A stretch of 64,000 bases of DNA, from the NCBI GenBank assembly GCA_000934665.2, contig KZ538186.1, positions 1-64,000 of the forward strand. The letters are read 5' to 3'. Both the position numbers and the translations under genes were made by a program. Positions 38,401-51,656 of the stretch are shown here, one piece after another. The DNA is from Catajapyx aquilonaris (taxonomy: Eukaryota). Position 1 is the stretch's first letter, and the number at the start of each line of letters is the position of its first letter. Below the pieces are notes generated by a model. The model had not been told where the DNA came from and did no database searches. It saw only the letters and a list, made by a program, of their open reading frames with translations.

Positions 38401-41400
38401 GATATTTAGAGTGCTTGCATTGAAATGGTGTAAAAGCAAACAGTCCTGCAAGCACATATATGCAAGAAACTTTCATGAACGTTTCCCATTTGAAACTCAG
38501 GCATTAGGTCCAGACTCAGTTCTCGCTAGAGCAGATCAGAAACTCAAGGCCAAGATGGTGTTGTCAATCACACCTGTCTTAATGTACAGTAAGTCCCTGG
38601 TTTACAGAGTTCCATACTTATAAATGGGCTCCCAAAGCTCCCCATAAGGATAATAGAGTGAAACTTCTATAAGTTGAATCTCCATGGGAATGATAAAAAA
38701 CTTCAAGCTAGAGAAGTTTGGATTTCTTAAAGCACAGAACTCTAAGAACTATAAGGAAGCATACATTTATATCCAGTGACAAATGGTGTTCAAAACTTAA
38801 AAATAACTGTCACTATCACACTTACAATGTTCCTCATTGTTTTGGTGTAAAAAAATCTCTGTTATGGACATTTGCCTAATCTTAGATTCAAGGATTCAAT
38901 TGTCACAATCGAGTCAAACACTTCTTTTGGTACGTCTGGTACACAGAGATCAGGAAATTGAGCCTTTCTGTACATGTGGCCTACTCTCAACCCTTCAGCT
39001 GGGCAATAAGAAAATTTTCTCGACCCACCAACATGAACTTCAACTTAGGGAGACTGAAAATGCATCCATTAAGGCCCTGCCTGCACTTCGAGTTATGGAG
39101 AACTTCGAGCTATAAAAATTTGAGTTAGGGAAGTTTACATTGTGATCAACCAACCTCATAATTTTCTTTGATTTATAGAGAACTTCGACTTAGGGAAGTT
39201 CGAGTTTTAGAAGTGTTACTATATACAGGGTGTCCACAAATGGGGCCATAGTAAAAAAATTCTAGAAAATGCAACATACAAGGTACAACTCCCGTACATA
39301 TCTCATAGCAAAGAGGAAGGTTGAAAGTTTTTTTTGACATATCTGACCACATGAAATCATTAGTGCCGTGCCATCTAGGAGTTAAAAATAGTGTCGGCGG
39401 AGGAAAAGGCTTGGTGCATACTGCAGAAGTTAACGCCACAGCTGCAAGAAGATGCCCCGGATTTCATCTTCCAACAAGATGGAGCGCCTCCGCATTTCCA
39501 TCTCCACGTCTGCGACTACCTGAATAGGCTACTGCCTCAAAGGTGGATCAGGTGTTCCACTGACAGGGATGCAGTGTTCCAGGCTTGGCCACCCCGTTCA
39601 CCGGATTTGGCGGCGTGTGATTTTTTTTGTGGGGGTACATTAAGGATGCAGTGTTTGTGCCACCCCTCCCGAGATCTTCGGCCGAATTGAAGCACCACAT
39701 CACTTCTGGCGTGGCTTCCATAACGCCGGACATGCTACAATGCACCGATTTCCAGTTAAACACCTGCCGTGTCACACACGGTGCTCATATCGAGGGTTTG
39801 TATGTATGTAAAAAAACTTTCAACCTTCCTCTTTGCTATGAGATATGTACGGGAGTTGTACCTGGTATGTTGCATTTTCTATAATTTTTTTACTTTGGCC
39901 CCAACATTGTGGACACCCTGTATAATTATCTCTCCACTCTCAATCACTTCTGCATATCGCTCGTTTATTATTACATAGTTCTAACTCCAATTTTGAGAAA
40001 AAGTGACTTAAGAGGTGCACCTAGTTCTAACTCCATCGACCTATCCAAAAAAAAACTGGTCAAGACAATGATATGGATGCATTTGGCACAGTAGAAGAAA
40101 ATGCTACAAAGGCCTATCTTCACATTGCCGTTTTTCATTCTAACTCTGGAGTTACACTTTTGTGATTCGGAAAAAATTCAAATTAGGTGATTTAAAAAAC
40201 TTCTAACTCCGCCATTGTTGCTGCTGTTACAGACAACGACAATGACATTGGGACAGTGAAACACAAAATATGAGTAGGGTATGTAAGCCACAGTATTGCA
40301 AAAATTAACTCATTACATTTCCATGTTCATGGTGTAATTGTCGTACTGTCCAAACTTTGATTTCAAATATCTCTGCTTCATTAAAAGTGGAGTTAGAACT
40401 ATGTAGTAATGAACCGGCAATATGCTGACTAATATCAAGTTCAACGTAAATACTGTAATTAAATTAATAATTCAGAAACTACTTTCTTCCGTGCATGTAA
40501 ATAAATCCGCAAGGTGTAAGCGGTTGGTTGGAGCAGGATCTTTACGCTTGCAGCTATTATTATTACTGTGTACACGTTGTTCATCAAGGATCTGAGTTAC
40601 ATACAAATCCAACCTACAGACATTCTCAGGAATGTCTCATGTTCATAAGTTGTTGCCTTTCCTGTATTCCATTTCTGAATAATTTGGGTACAGTAAGCTC
40701 CCAGGTCACTTCTTATGTGCTCTGTGGATGGACTCTGATTTAATTTTGAGTGGGACAGGTGTTTCATTGTGCAAGCAGGCGATTCAGTGCCTTTTAGCAC
40801 CTGACCCGTCCTCTACCATGCAAATGCCACTCAATTGCTTCTTTATGGGCCTAACTTCATTTGCCCCTGTTAGAAATGTACCTAATGTTTTTGTATGTCC
40901 ATACTATGATATTTACAACTAATTTGTCATGAGTCTTGTACCCTGGCAGCAACAGATTCTATGATCCACAACACCATTTGGTTTGCATGTATTTGATAGC
41001 TTTTAGGAAAATTAGCGCAGGTGTCAGTCTCATGTTGTGAGCTGCACATCTTATCTCAGCAACCCCTTTAGAAATCATTATAAATGATATGAAACTGTCA
41101 CCTTTTAAAACTTACTACTGTACAACACAGGAGTCTGTCAGAACCAACAAGCCATTATATTCTGAATTGTGCGGGAGAAAGCTAACGCAATGCCGCAATG
41201 TGCACACACTTCCTACACTACATATTCCTCTCGGTTCCTCATGTGCATTGCAGCTTTCTTATCACCTTGCATTCAATTTCCAAGACTCCAACTCCACCAA
41301 CCACTATGGTTTGTGCCCTGATTTCTCCACTCTCTCTCTCCCTCCCCCCCCCCNNCCCCCCCCCCCCCTCTCTGTCACCCCACAACTAAGAATAGAATTA

Positions 41401-44400
41401 TCTGGAGAAAAGCTGCTTAGTTCGCAGACACCTGCATCATAAAGCATAATGTATTACCTTTTTGTAGGGGTGACTGACACATCATCTCCGGTACTGCTTT
41501 GTACAGGCACTTCAGCAGCCTCTGATGATGTGGAGGTCTGGTTGGTATTGAGGTACCGCAGAACCTCATAGTTTATCTTGCTCGAGATCTTCTTTTCTTG
41601 CAACATCTTTTCTATAGCTTCTCCTGCCGAGTTAGCTTGAAAGTTCTTTTTCTTCTGAGGTGGCCTCCGCTTCTTCTTTTCGGGCTTGCCTTCCAGTTTT
41701 TCCTTGGCCAACTTGTCTTCCTTGGCTTTTTGCTCGAGAATGTAAGCTTCATTCAGCTTGTTCCACAGACCTGTCTTTTGTTCTATCTCCTCTTCTGTCA
41801 TTATGTATGAATCAATCTCCGTGTCATCTATGCCTTCCAAGCTAATATCCTCATCAACAATCTCTACCGCTTCAGCCGGCTGAGATGAGGTGCTGGTCAG
41901 GCCTAGGCTGGCTGGGCTGGGCCCTAATCAGATAGATTTTATTAGTAACAAGAAATCAAATGGTCACGCCAGCCCCCCGCAACCCCCTCTCCTTTTGCAT
42001 GCGCTTAACGAGTCCCCTATCCCTGGATGTGGTGCACTGGACCAAATCCCATTCGGGCAGACGACTTTTGAACCATTCTGAACCTACCTCAATTGTCAAT
42101 TCCCATTCAGCCCCAGTCCGCAGATCCGAGCCCGAATGTGATTTGGAGCGTTCGGGTCTCTGGCGCATGGATCTGCAAATGGAGCTGAATGGGAATTGAC
42201 CATTTAGGTAGGTTCAACCGAAGCAGGTTGGCATAGTGGATAAGGCGTCCGAATGCTAATCGGGAGGTCCTGGGTTCGAATCCCGGGGCCGGCAACTCTG
42301 ACCGTGGTTTTCTGTGGTTTCCCACGGTCCTTCCAGGGAAATTCCGGAGTTGCTTCCGTAATTAATACGCTACAGCCGCTTCCTTCCGTCCCTATCCTAT
42401 CCCAAAGAGCACAGTAAAATGAAAAGCAAACAGTTCCAGGCAAAACAAACTTCCCCCCTAAAGAGCCGATGGCGGATAATGGGGTATGAATTATTTAGGT
42501 AGGTTCAGAACGAAGTAGTCTGCCCAATTGCAATTTGGTACAGTGCGTCACATCCAGGGATAGGGGACTCATCAAGCGCACACCCTTCACCATAAGGAGG
42601 GACTGGGAGTTGCGGGGGGCTGGGTCACACATGAAATCACTAATTTTGGGCTTATTTGCATTTCACTCATGTCATTCTTGGAAGCTTTTTTTAGCCTACT
42701 TATGCATGATAATAATAATAATAATGGATACCCCGTGAAGGCCTCCTTGGGCCTCTTAGGGGATCATCTTTTCGTGAACCGTCTTTAATCATTGCCTGCA
42801 CTGTGATGGATTTTGATTGTGGGAGGAAACGGGAGAACCCCGAGAAAACCCACGCAAACACAGAGAGAACCCATCGAAACTCTATCCACATAAGAATCCT
42901 CCGTCCGACCCGGGGATCGAACTCGGGATCTCAGAGGTGGAAGGCTGTGGCGCTAACCACTACGCCACCGTGTCACCCTCCTACTTATGCCTGATAGATC
43001 GCACTTATATTAGAAAGTTGAACATAGTGCCTCCAAGTTTCATATACACAATAGTAACCTATAGACATTACATTGGGGAATGTTATTATTTTCTGGACTG
43101 TTCCACCCTGACTCTGAGGATCTCAGCAGGTCTATTCATTTATCAGCTGGTGTAGTGTAAGGGATAGTGTGGTGACGTCACAGCCCTACAGTCTCCAATC
43201 AGAGCGTGCATCTTAGGTTACACCAGAATAAACAAATGTACTACTTATACTGGTGTCACACCAGTGCTACACTGGCTGATTAACAAAATGACCTTTTCTT
43301 TTTTACTTAACACAGACTGCATGATGCCAACCTAGTCCTTGGGGCATAGTTGGTACTGCAATTATGTCATCTAGTCCTGGAGACCGGAGTGACTGAAAAG
43401 CAGAATTTAATTCTTGTGTGTCTCGCTCTCTGTCAAGACATTCCCAAATGCTAGACAGAGTGCTGTTCATCACAAAACGTTGAGTCAGCTCATGTTCTTT
43501 AGAGATGTCTTCTGATTCACCACCACCTATAAGGATATTTTTACGGATGGTTTTTTTTTAACCTAATTTTGAGAGGGGTCAGCAACAACAACGAGATGGC
43601 AACATTGAATTAAAGTAGGAAGGAGCACATATGGTGTTTCATAACTTGACCGACAAACTTCTATGGTGAACCCATGGATACCAGTAGATCACTTATGCAA
43701 AGGAGTCATTTGAGGGTGTGGTGGAAAAAGGTGATAACCCGCACAAGTATAACTTTTCAGGAGAGCGAATTGAAGTTTGCTTTCTCTTAACAAATCATAG
43801 GGAACTTGGGTTTTGATGTAGTCCGTGTGGCCGTCTCGTGCATGATACATGAACTGGAGTATACCAAACTGTTTGTCATGTCTTTTACATAGTTGCTAGG
43901 TCAGTGGTTTCCAACCGGGGGGTCGCGGGGGGTCGCGAGCCTTGGTTCAACTTTTTTTTTCAATTTCTGTGTCAATTGAACCATTTTTACAGTATGGTAT
44001 GTCATTATGACTGCAAGTAAGTCACTCCATGGATGGGCCGGAAGCGACTGTCAAATGCCTAGTTGTACAGCTGATTGGCACAGTGTAAATGATGGATCAG
44101 TGATCCAGAGTTGGTGTCCTTGCAAAAACATAGGCCTCTTTCACACAAGGCCACCATGGCAGCACTGCCGCATAAATTAGGCGGCGCTGCTCTGGCAGAG
44201 TGTTGCAGATTTGTTCGCCACCGCGGATGTGCTGCCAGCCGAGCCATAGTCTCAAAATGCACGTCTGGTGGCACGAAAAGTTGTATCTCATGTGAAAGGC
44301 TTCATATTATTCAATGCAAACACGTGGCAGCAAGGCCAGCTGGCAGCGCCGAAAATCACCTTGGCCGCCACCAGTATTTCTGGCGCCATGCTGGCAGCGC

Positions 44401-47400
44401 GACCAAGGACACGGCCACGACAACATGTGAAAGGTTCCACTTGCAGCAATGAAAAGACTTGGTCGGGCTGCCATGGTGGCCTCGTGAGAAAGAGGCCATA
44501 GACATGCAGAACTTTCATACATGCCCTGTGTGTGGTCAAATGCAAACCTTCCAGGGTATGATACACTACATAATAAACAGTGCATTACCTTCATAACTAG
44601 ACACCACTACGCAGAGTGATCCAGTGGTGCCTAAAAGTTCAACCTAAAAGCACACTGGTCAAATTATGAAAAACCATGCATATTTTATGACTCCAAGACA
44701 GCATTCTTCAAACCAGTTACTTTTCATCCCAGTTACGTTTTCACTCCAAAAATGGTCCTGTTATTCCTAATAACCTGAAGTGTCATTCTAGCGCTTTTCT
44801 AGTAAAACACTTAGATTTTCTGTATTCGTTGGTCAATTGTAGTTGCTAAAAATCCCAAATTTTTTTCCTTCTTATAGCAACAGCATTGTGCCACCAGGTC
44901 ATTTTTTTTTGCAGACCCCCATCCCAAAATTGGGTCTCAGGCCAGGTGTCACTAACATGGGTTTCGCTCAACACCTGGGAAAGTGCAACCCAGCCTAAGG
45001 TATGCAGATCATACAGTATCATATCTATGGATCATGATCTCGGAAGGGAGGTATGGAAACTCTCTACCCTTTCATATGGAGCGAAGCATGGCATACATGA
45101 AGCCGGCATGATGCCAACCAGATATCTCAGTTCAGACGAGCTGCTTGTGTGGCCTGATAATAAAATCTGCTCACACTCTCCAATAACAATCAAGACCTCT
45201 GCATCATTGCATGGCAAGCCAGTAAATTAATGAAAAACGTGTGGATTGACAAGTTCTGATTTTATTTATTTTTAAAAATGTGAATATGGACACAGGCTCT
45301 GTTACAAGATCTTAAATGAGGTGTCTATGATTCTACCACCAAGATACGGGGAGGTGCGGTAGCCAAGATGGCAAAGTCTCAGCCTGCTGAGTGAATGATC
45401 CCAGGTTCGATCCCCGCCTGGGAGCTCCCATTCACCTGTGTCAGGAGGGTCTCTGAGGGGAGGGGTAGCACCCATGTTCCCTCCCCAAAAATCCCTATCC
45501 TCACCCAGTGTCCTTGATTCCCTGCACTGGAGTTCAAAGAAAAAATGGAAAATAAAAAATGGAAATATGGTGGTATTCCACCCCCCAACATTGACAATGG
45601 TCTCATGGGGTACAACTAAAATAAAAAAATTATTTAAAAAAACCACTAAGATACATGGGAATGTAAAGTCAACAATGATGGTTACGTGCCAAAGGAACCT
45701 TCCCAGGATTGATCCTGCTCTGTGTATCGATAATCTTTAGTGGAAATTGTTACTAATAATAAGGCATGTGGCCTAAGGCCAGGGTCCATAATCAAACTTT
45801 TTCTGTTTCTCAGCTGCTATCAACTTCTGGCAAATATGACGATATACGTAGATATCTTCAGGAAATCACCCCCATTGTGGTGTATAAATTTGGTCCCACT
45901 AAATGGTCAATCATGTCTGAAAAAATTATCAGAAGTTGACAGCACTGAAGTCATCACCTCTAATCAAATGTAAGTGAATTTTCAAAGCCTAGTTAAACCA
46001 GAGGATCATCTACACATCTATGCGAACTAATAAGAAACTAATGTAGTTTATAAGAATGGTACTAAAAAATGGATGTTTCAGTACTTCCTTTATTTAAAAA
46101 TCAAATCAAATCAGAGTTTGTCTATCCACACATCTTTCAATTGAATAGGCAAGACGAGGAAGGGCCCAACTCCAAAAAAAATGTGAAATGCATTTTATTG
46201 GCGATCCATATAGTGCATGGCTGTAAGTACCTGCACAACTAATACTACCACTCAACTCCACCCCTAAGGAGGTAAAAATTAATGTAAATAGATGCACAGT
46301 AACCCAACTCCGTGGAGCTGGGTTACTCTGAATCTTGTTCTTCCACATTATTTTGTCAGAGGAGGCCCATACCTCTCTCTTTTTTTTTTTTTACGTTACC
46401 CCGTGATAAGGCTGAGCCTTTTTAGGGGGGTGGGATACCACCATTTCACTCCATTAACTTCATTCACCGGTGCAAGGAGACAAGGATGTAGGGTAGGGAT
46501 AGGGATTTTTGGGGAGGGGTGCAAGTGCAATGTCAGTAAAGGGGTCATGATTGTGCTGTTCCCCAGGAGGTTAGGTTGCCAGCCACAGCCACTTCCTTCC
46601 ATCCCTATCCTATCCCAAAGAGCGCAGTAAAATGAAAAGCAAAGAGTTCCAGGCAAAACAAACTTCCCCCCTAAAGAGCCGAAAAAGGCTGATAATGGGG
46701 TATTAATTATTTAATTATTAACTTATTTCATCGCAACCCTATGGAAAACCTTTCCTCGACCTCTGGCGACCCGTAGGACCCCTCCCCTGCATCCTGATTT
46801 TTATTACCAAAATGTTCAACCAGGTACAATACTTACGTAGATTTGAGATGAATTTCCCCTTTAAAGTACATGCCCTTGCTTTTTCTCCTATTTTTGTCTT
46901 TATTTTAATTCCCTTTTCCCAGCCTTCCCCACAACCATTAAAAACATACTGACAATCAAGGGGTTGGGAACAGGATAAACATTTCGTCCATAGCATAGTA
47001 CCATTCTTTATAAGCGGTACCGGTACATGTAGGTGTCAATATTACACCATTCTCATGAAGTTGACATTCATGTAAATTATTGGAACATTGACGATTTTTG
47101 GTTCCAATAATCGCCAACCCAGCCAATACTTTCTTTACATAAGATTTTGCAAAAATGACATCAAATATGAAAATTTTAAAACATTTACTTCTTTTTCCAC
47201 TCAAAAAAACCGAAACAAACTCTTTCATTTCGTTATATGTAAGGTTTTATTTTCTACTTATCTCTTAACGAATGTGCTAAGAAAAGTACCACTTTGCCAC
47301 GAAAATCAGACCTCACTTTTTCAAATGCTTCTCTTTCCCGAAGTAGGTCACGAATGGTGTCACCCGTGATGAGGCAGCCCCAAAAGGATGAGAAATGTTG

Positions 47401-50400
47401 CCAGATGTAGCACTGCCTTCCCAAATTGCCACGCTCCCTTGTTTTTTTAGCTTTCCAGTCTCAATTGGCAAATACATGGTGCAGGATACTGGTAGACTTA
47501 CCTTAGTAGTTGTGAAAAATTATATTCACATATATTCCAAAAATTATGGTCCCTGCACAGTTTTTATGCTCTAAATTTGCTTCACTGGAGTTGGGCCCTT
47601 TCTCGTCTTGCCTATTCAATTATTTACTCGATAACTGTTCAATGGTGCAAAGGCCTTGATTTGAATGAAAGGGTGGGAGCAACTTTCATGCCCAGGCACC
47701 ACGAGCGCTAGTCTGAAAGTCGACATCTGGTGGGCCCCTTGTAAGCTTCAAATCTGCCATGTAATTGTGGTGTCAGTTTCCAGACCTGCCTTTTAAGACT
47801 GTGCTACGATAATGAATCATGAATCACTTACCACTCATTATTGTACCCAAGTCCTATCGCTATCGGTCAGTGCCCTCCAACAGAGCCCTCGAACAGCATT
47901 AACTAGACCATTTTCAAATACCAATTTCCTCCTTGAATATGGTCCTATTTTATTCTGAACATTCAGAACCAGATGTTGCACAAATGTTCTTCACATTATA
48001 TTCAACAGCTATGCTACAGCCCTAAAACCATATTTAGTTTACCATCTAATAAGACCACTTCTAATTTGTTTTGTTTATTTTTCTAGCCCATCAGCCAGAA
48101 ATGGCCCTTGTTTACTCCCAATAGGTTGCAGTTTCACACTGGTGTTTTCCAGAGTAAAACATGCACATTTCCTACATTCGTTGGTCATAATACATATACT
48201 GTATAATTATTAAATCATTTCAAAGTATTCATCTCAGGCTGATCTGGTTTCCTACGACAGTTCGTGTGGCATCAGAAAAAGCACTCACTCAGGATAAATT
48301 TTGAGACACCTCAGTATTGAGGCACAAGCACAATAGATATCACCATTTAATACCAGTGTGATAATTAATAATTCAGTAATAATGATAATACCCCTTCCTT
48401 AATCTAATGCTGTGTCCTCATTTCACATCCATTGCCTTCATTACTCCATGTTGGTACAAGTTCATTCACAGTCAACTGCTCTGTACCTTGCAACCTTGTC
48501 AGCACTTTCCTCAAGAATCATCTATCCATGTTTCATATCCTGTCAACCCATCAATAACTCCGGAACTTTCTTGCACATTGGCTTTGTACAGACACAACAT
48601 GCTAATGTTCCAGAATATTTGGAAATTCAGTACCCAACACCACACACCCTTGACCACTGTCCTGTCAATAACTGCTGTACTAGCAACATCAACAGGTCAA
48701 CATCTATCATGGGTCAGATGTCTCAGCAATAGAGGGCAGAGCCGCCATTGGGGATCTTGTGGTCTTTTCTGCTCAACCAGGCAAAGGTGCTTAGGTAATC
48801 TGCCAAAAAACCCTTTGGCTTGGTGATTCTCCCTGTAGCAGGGAGCTTGACTCCTAAATTCACAGTTAATGGCAATTATACAAAGGTTAGTGGGAAAATA
48901 AATTTTGAGATGCTACAGTTTTGACGCCATGCGACGGAGAGGGTAAAATCGAGCATGGGCAGGTAAGTTGATCCTTCCTTTACTTTATCAGATGGGTAGG
49001 CGCCGTCTTGCAACTTTTGCTCAGACTCAGCAGTCGTCAGATGAGACAGAGTGGCGAGGCGAGCATGCCCGTCCATATGGGCACCAGGAAATGTCATATC
49101 AGACAGAGAATGTTGGTCACATGGACTAAGAAGTTAGGACACTTGAGGACACTGTCGGTAATTGCAGTGGCTGGTAGTCCAGGTCTCTGGTTGTCCTTCA
49201 TGCTCGCAAGCTTATTCCGAAATTGCTGGCACCATATTGCTGCACCATTTGCTCAGACATGACATCTCCGAACCATACACTCCAGTAGCCAGCCATGAAT
49301 GTCTTATGTCAAATGTCAACATCTGGTAGTGAACTCACTTCAGCCTTAGTCCATGTAACCAACACTCTGTCTGTCATGACTTTTACTGGCAGAAAGTGGG
49401 CGGGCACACTCGCCTAGCCACTCGCTCTCGTCCAACGGCTGCCATGTGTGCATGTAAGCTGCAAGAAGGCACCGACACATCCTATAAAGTACCGGAAGGA
49501 TCGACGTATCTGCTCATGGTAGTTTTTACCCACTCCGTTGCATATTTCTGATTGACCCTCATATTGTGTTTAGCCCCTTCGCTACCAGATCTAGGCGATT
49601 AGATAAGTTTCTGTTCAACTTGCACGTACTCTGAAGATACGGACAAGATATTTTACCAAATTAACAGCTATACTTACACATTCATGCTGTACACTGAATA
49701 TGTTTGGAACAATTTTCCACTTCTAGAAGTCGCAAAATTAATTTCCAAAAAGATCGCCGTGACAACTCGAAATTAAATTACTACCGGCCAACTGTTAGGC
49801 TGATTTAATTATGAAATACATTAACATTGGGAATCATGCCATGACAAATATGCTGAAAATGCCGAACTTCACGAGAATTAAATGAATATTTACTCCGGCT
49901 TTTCTCCCACTTCGGAAGACTCCAAAATTGATTTAATTCTCGCAAAGTACGACAGTTTCAGCAAATTCATCATAGCACGATTCTCAAGGTTGTTATTCCG
50001 TATACATTAACGTATTTCATAATTAAATCCACCTAACAGTTGGCTGGTAGTAATTTAATTTCGAGCTGTTACAGCGATCTTTTTGGAAATTAATTTGGTG
50101 ACTTCTAGAAGTGGAAAATTTTTCCAAACATATTCATAAATAATGGATACCCTGTGAGAGGCCTCCTTGGGCCTCTTAGGGGATCATCTTTTAATTGACC
50201 GCCTTTAATCATTGCCTGCGCTGTGATGAATTTTGATTGCGGGAGGAAACGGGAGAACCCCAAGAAAACCCACGCGAACAGGGAGAAAACCCATCGAAAC
50301 TCTATCCACATAAGTATCCTCCATCCGACCCGGGGATCGAACTTGGGACCATAGACAGCTGTGGCGCTAACCACTCGGCCACCATGTCGCCGCAAACATA

Positions 50401-51619
50401 TTCATAACGTACAGCATGACCTTGTAAGTAGAGCTGGGTCATCCCATATCTATTCAGGAAATGGCTGGGGCTTGACCCCTTTCGATTAAAAAATAAATAA
50501 TACATATGTAGCCATGCAGAACTTCATTCCAAATCCAAAATTGTACACTCCTGGAGTTATATTTCACCGAGATATAAGCATGACAATCTCAACCATGTAC
50601 ACACACCACCTACATGATATATATCAAATGAAAGGTAATGGACAGGAGAATTTTATGGTGAAATAAAATTTCATCGAATGTTTTATTTTAAATTAGAAAA
50701 AAATTAAACATACAATCTCAATTTACTCTATATTTAGGATGGCCGTAAATCCCCCAACATTTGTGCTATCTGCTTTAAATTTGGGCAGTAGCACTTATGG
50801 TAGTATATACATCGGCCTGTAAAATATGTTCGTTCTAGGTGAAGCAGTGTTGGAAATAAAAAATTCCGAATATTAGAAAATTCACAAATTCGACAATTTC
50901 ATGAATTTTTTTCTCTATGTGGGGCTGGACCGATTTCGGCGTTTTATATATCAATCGATGAGCAAGATCAAGAGCGTTCTAGTGATATGAACATTATCGT
51001 TTGCTGACAAATGATAAGGTCGTGGTGAATTTTTACTTGCCATGCATATTAATGCATATAATCATGGCAAGTAAAAATTCACTACGACCTTATCATTTCT
51101 CGGCAAACGATGATTTACATATCACTAGAATGCTCTTGATCTTGCGCATCGATTGATATATATAACGCCGAAATCTGCCCATCCCCACATAAAGAAAAAA
51201 AATATGATGAAATATGATATGATGATGATGATGCTTATATGCACATAATTATAAATCTTTACTTCGGATATTCACAACCCCCTTGTTTCTGGTACATTCT
51301 TGACATAGGTGAAATATAACTCCAGGAGTGCACAATTTTGGATTTGGAATTAAGTTCTGTATGGCTACATACGTATGTTTTTTTAATCGAAAGGGGTCGA
51401 GCCACAAATTTTCAGAAAATATACTGAATTGACATGGAATGACCCAGCTGTTATTATTTGTAAAATATCTTGTCTGTAATGTCCGAGTACGTGCAAGTTG
51501 AACAGAAACGAATCTGATAGTGGTGAAGGGGTTAAAACTCAAAAATATTCCATTGCGCTCTCTTCTGGGTAAGATATGTGGCTTGACCCAAGCTATAAGC
51601 GAACAATTTGTAAATAGTC

Positions 51620-51656
<37 letters not shown>

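Noticed and set aside
38585..39222. Short repeated motifs (AACTTCGAG/AACTTAGGGA) resembling an array
   Set aside because: Irregular spacing in a eukaryotic context; looks like internal repeats of a decayed MITE, not CRISPR.
45660..45960. Possible extra BRF1 exon (acceptor-like ttttttcag on -)
   Set aside because: Stop codon in the required frame and no BRF1 similarity; the flanking exons already join in frame. A small missed exon elsewhere in this intron cannot be excluded.
47490..47960. Two GTAAGT donors on the minus strand
   Set aside because: Candidate upstream exons contain in-frame stops; one lies inside a TE.
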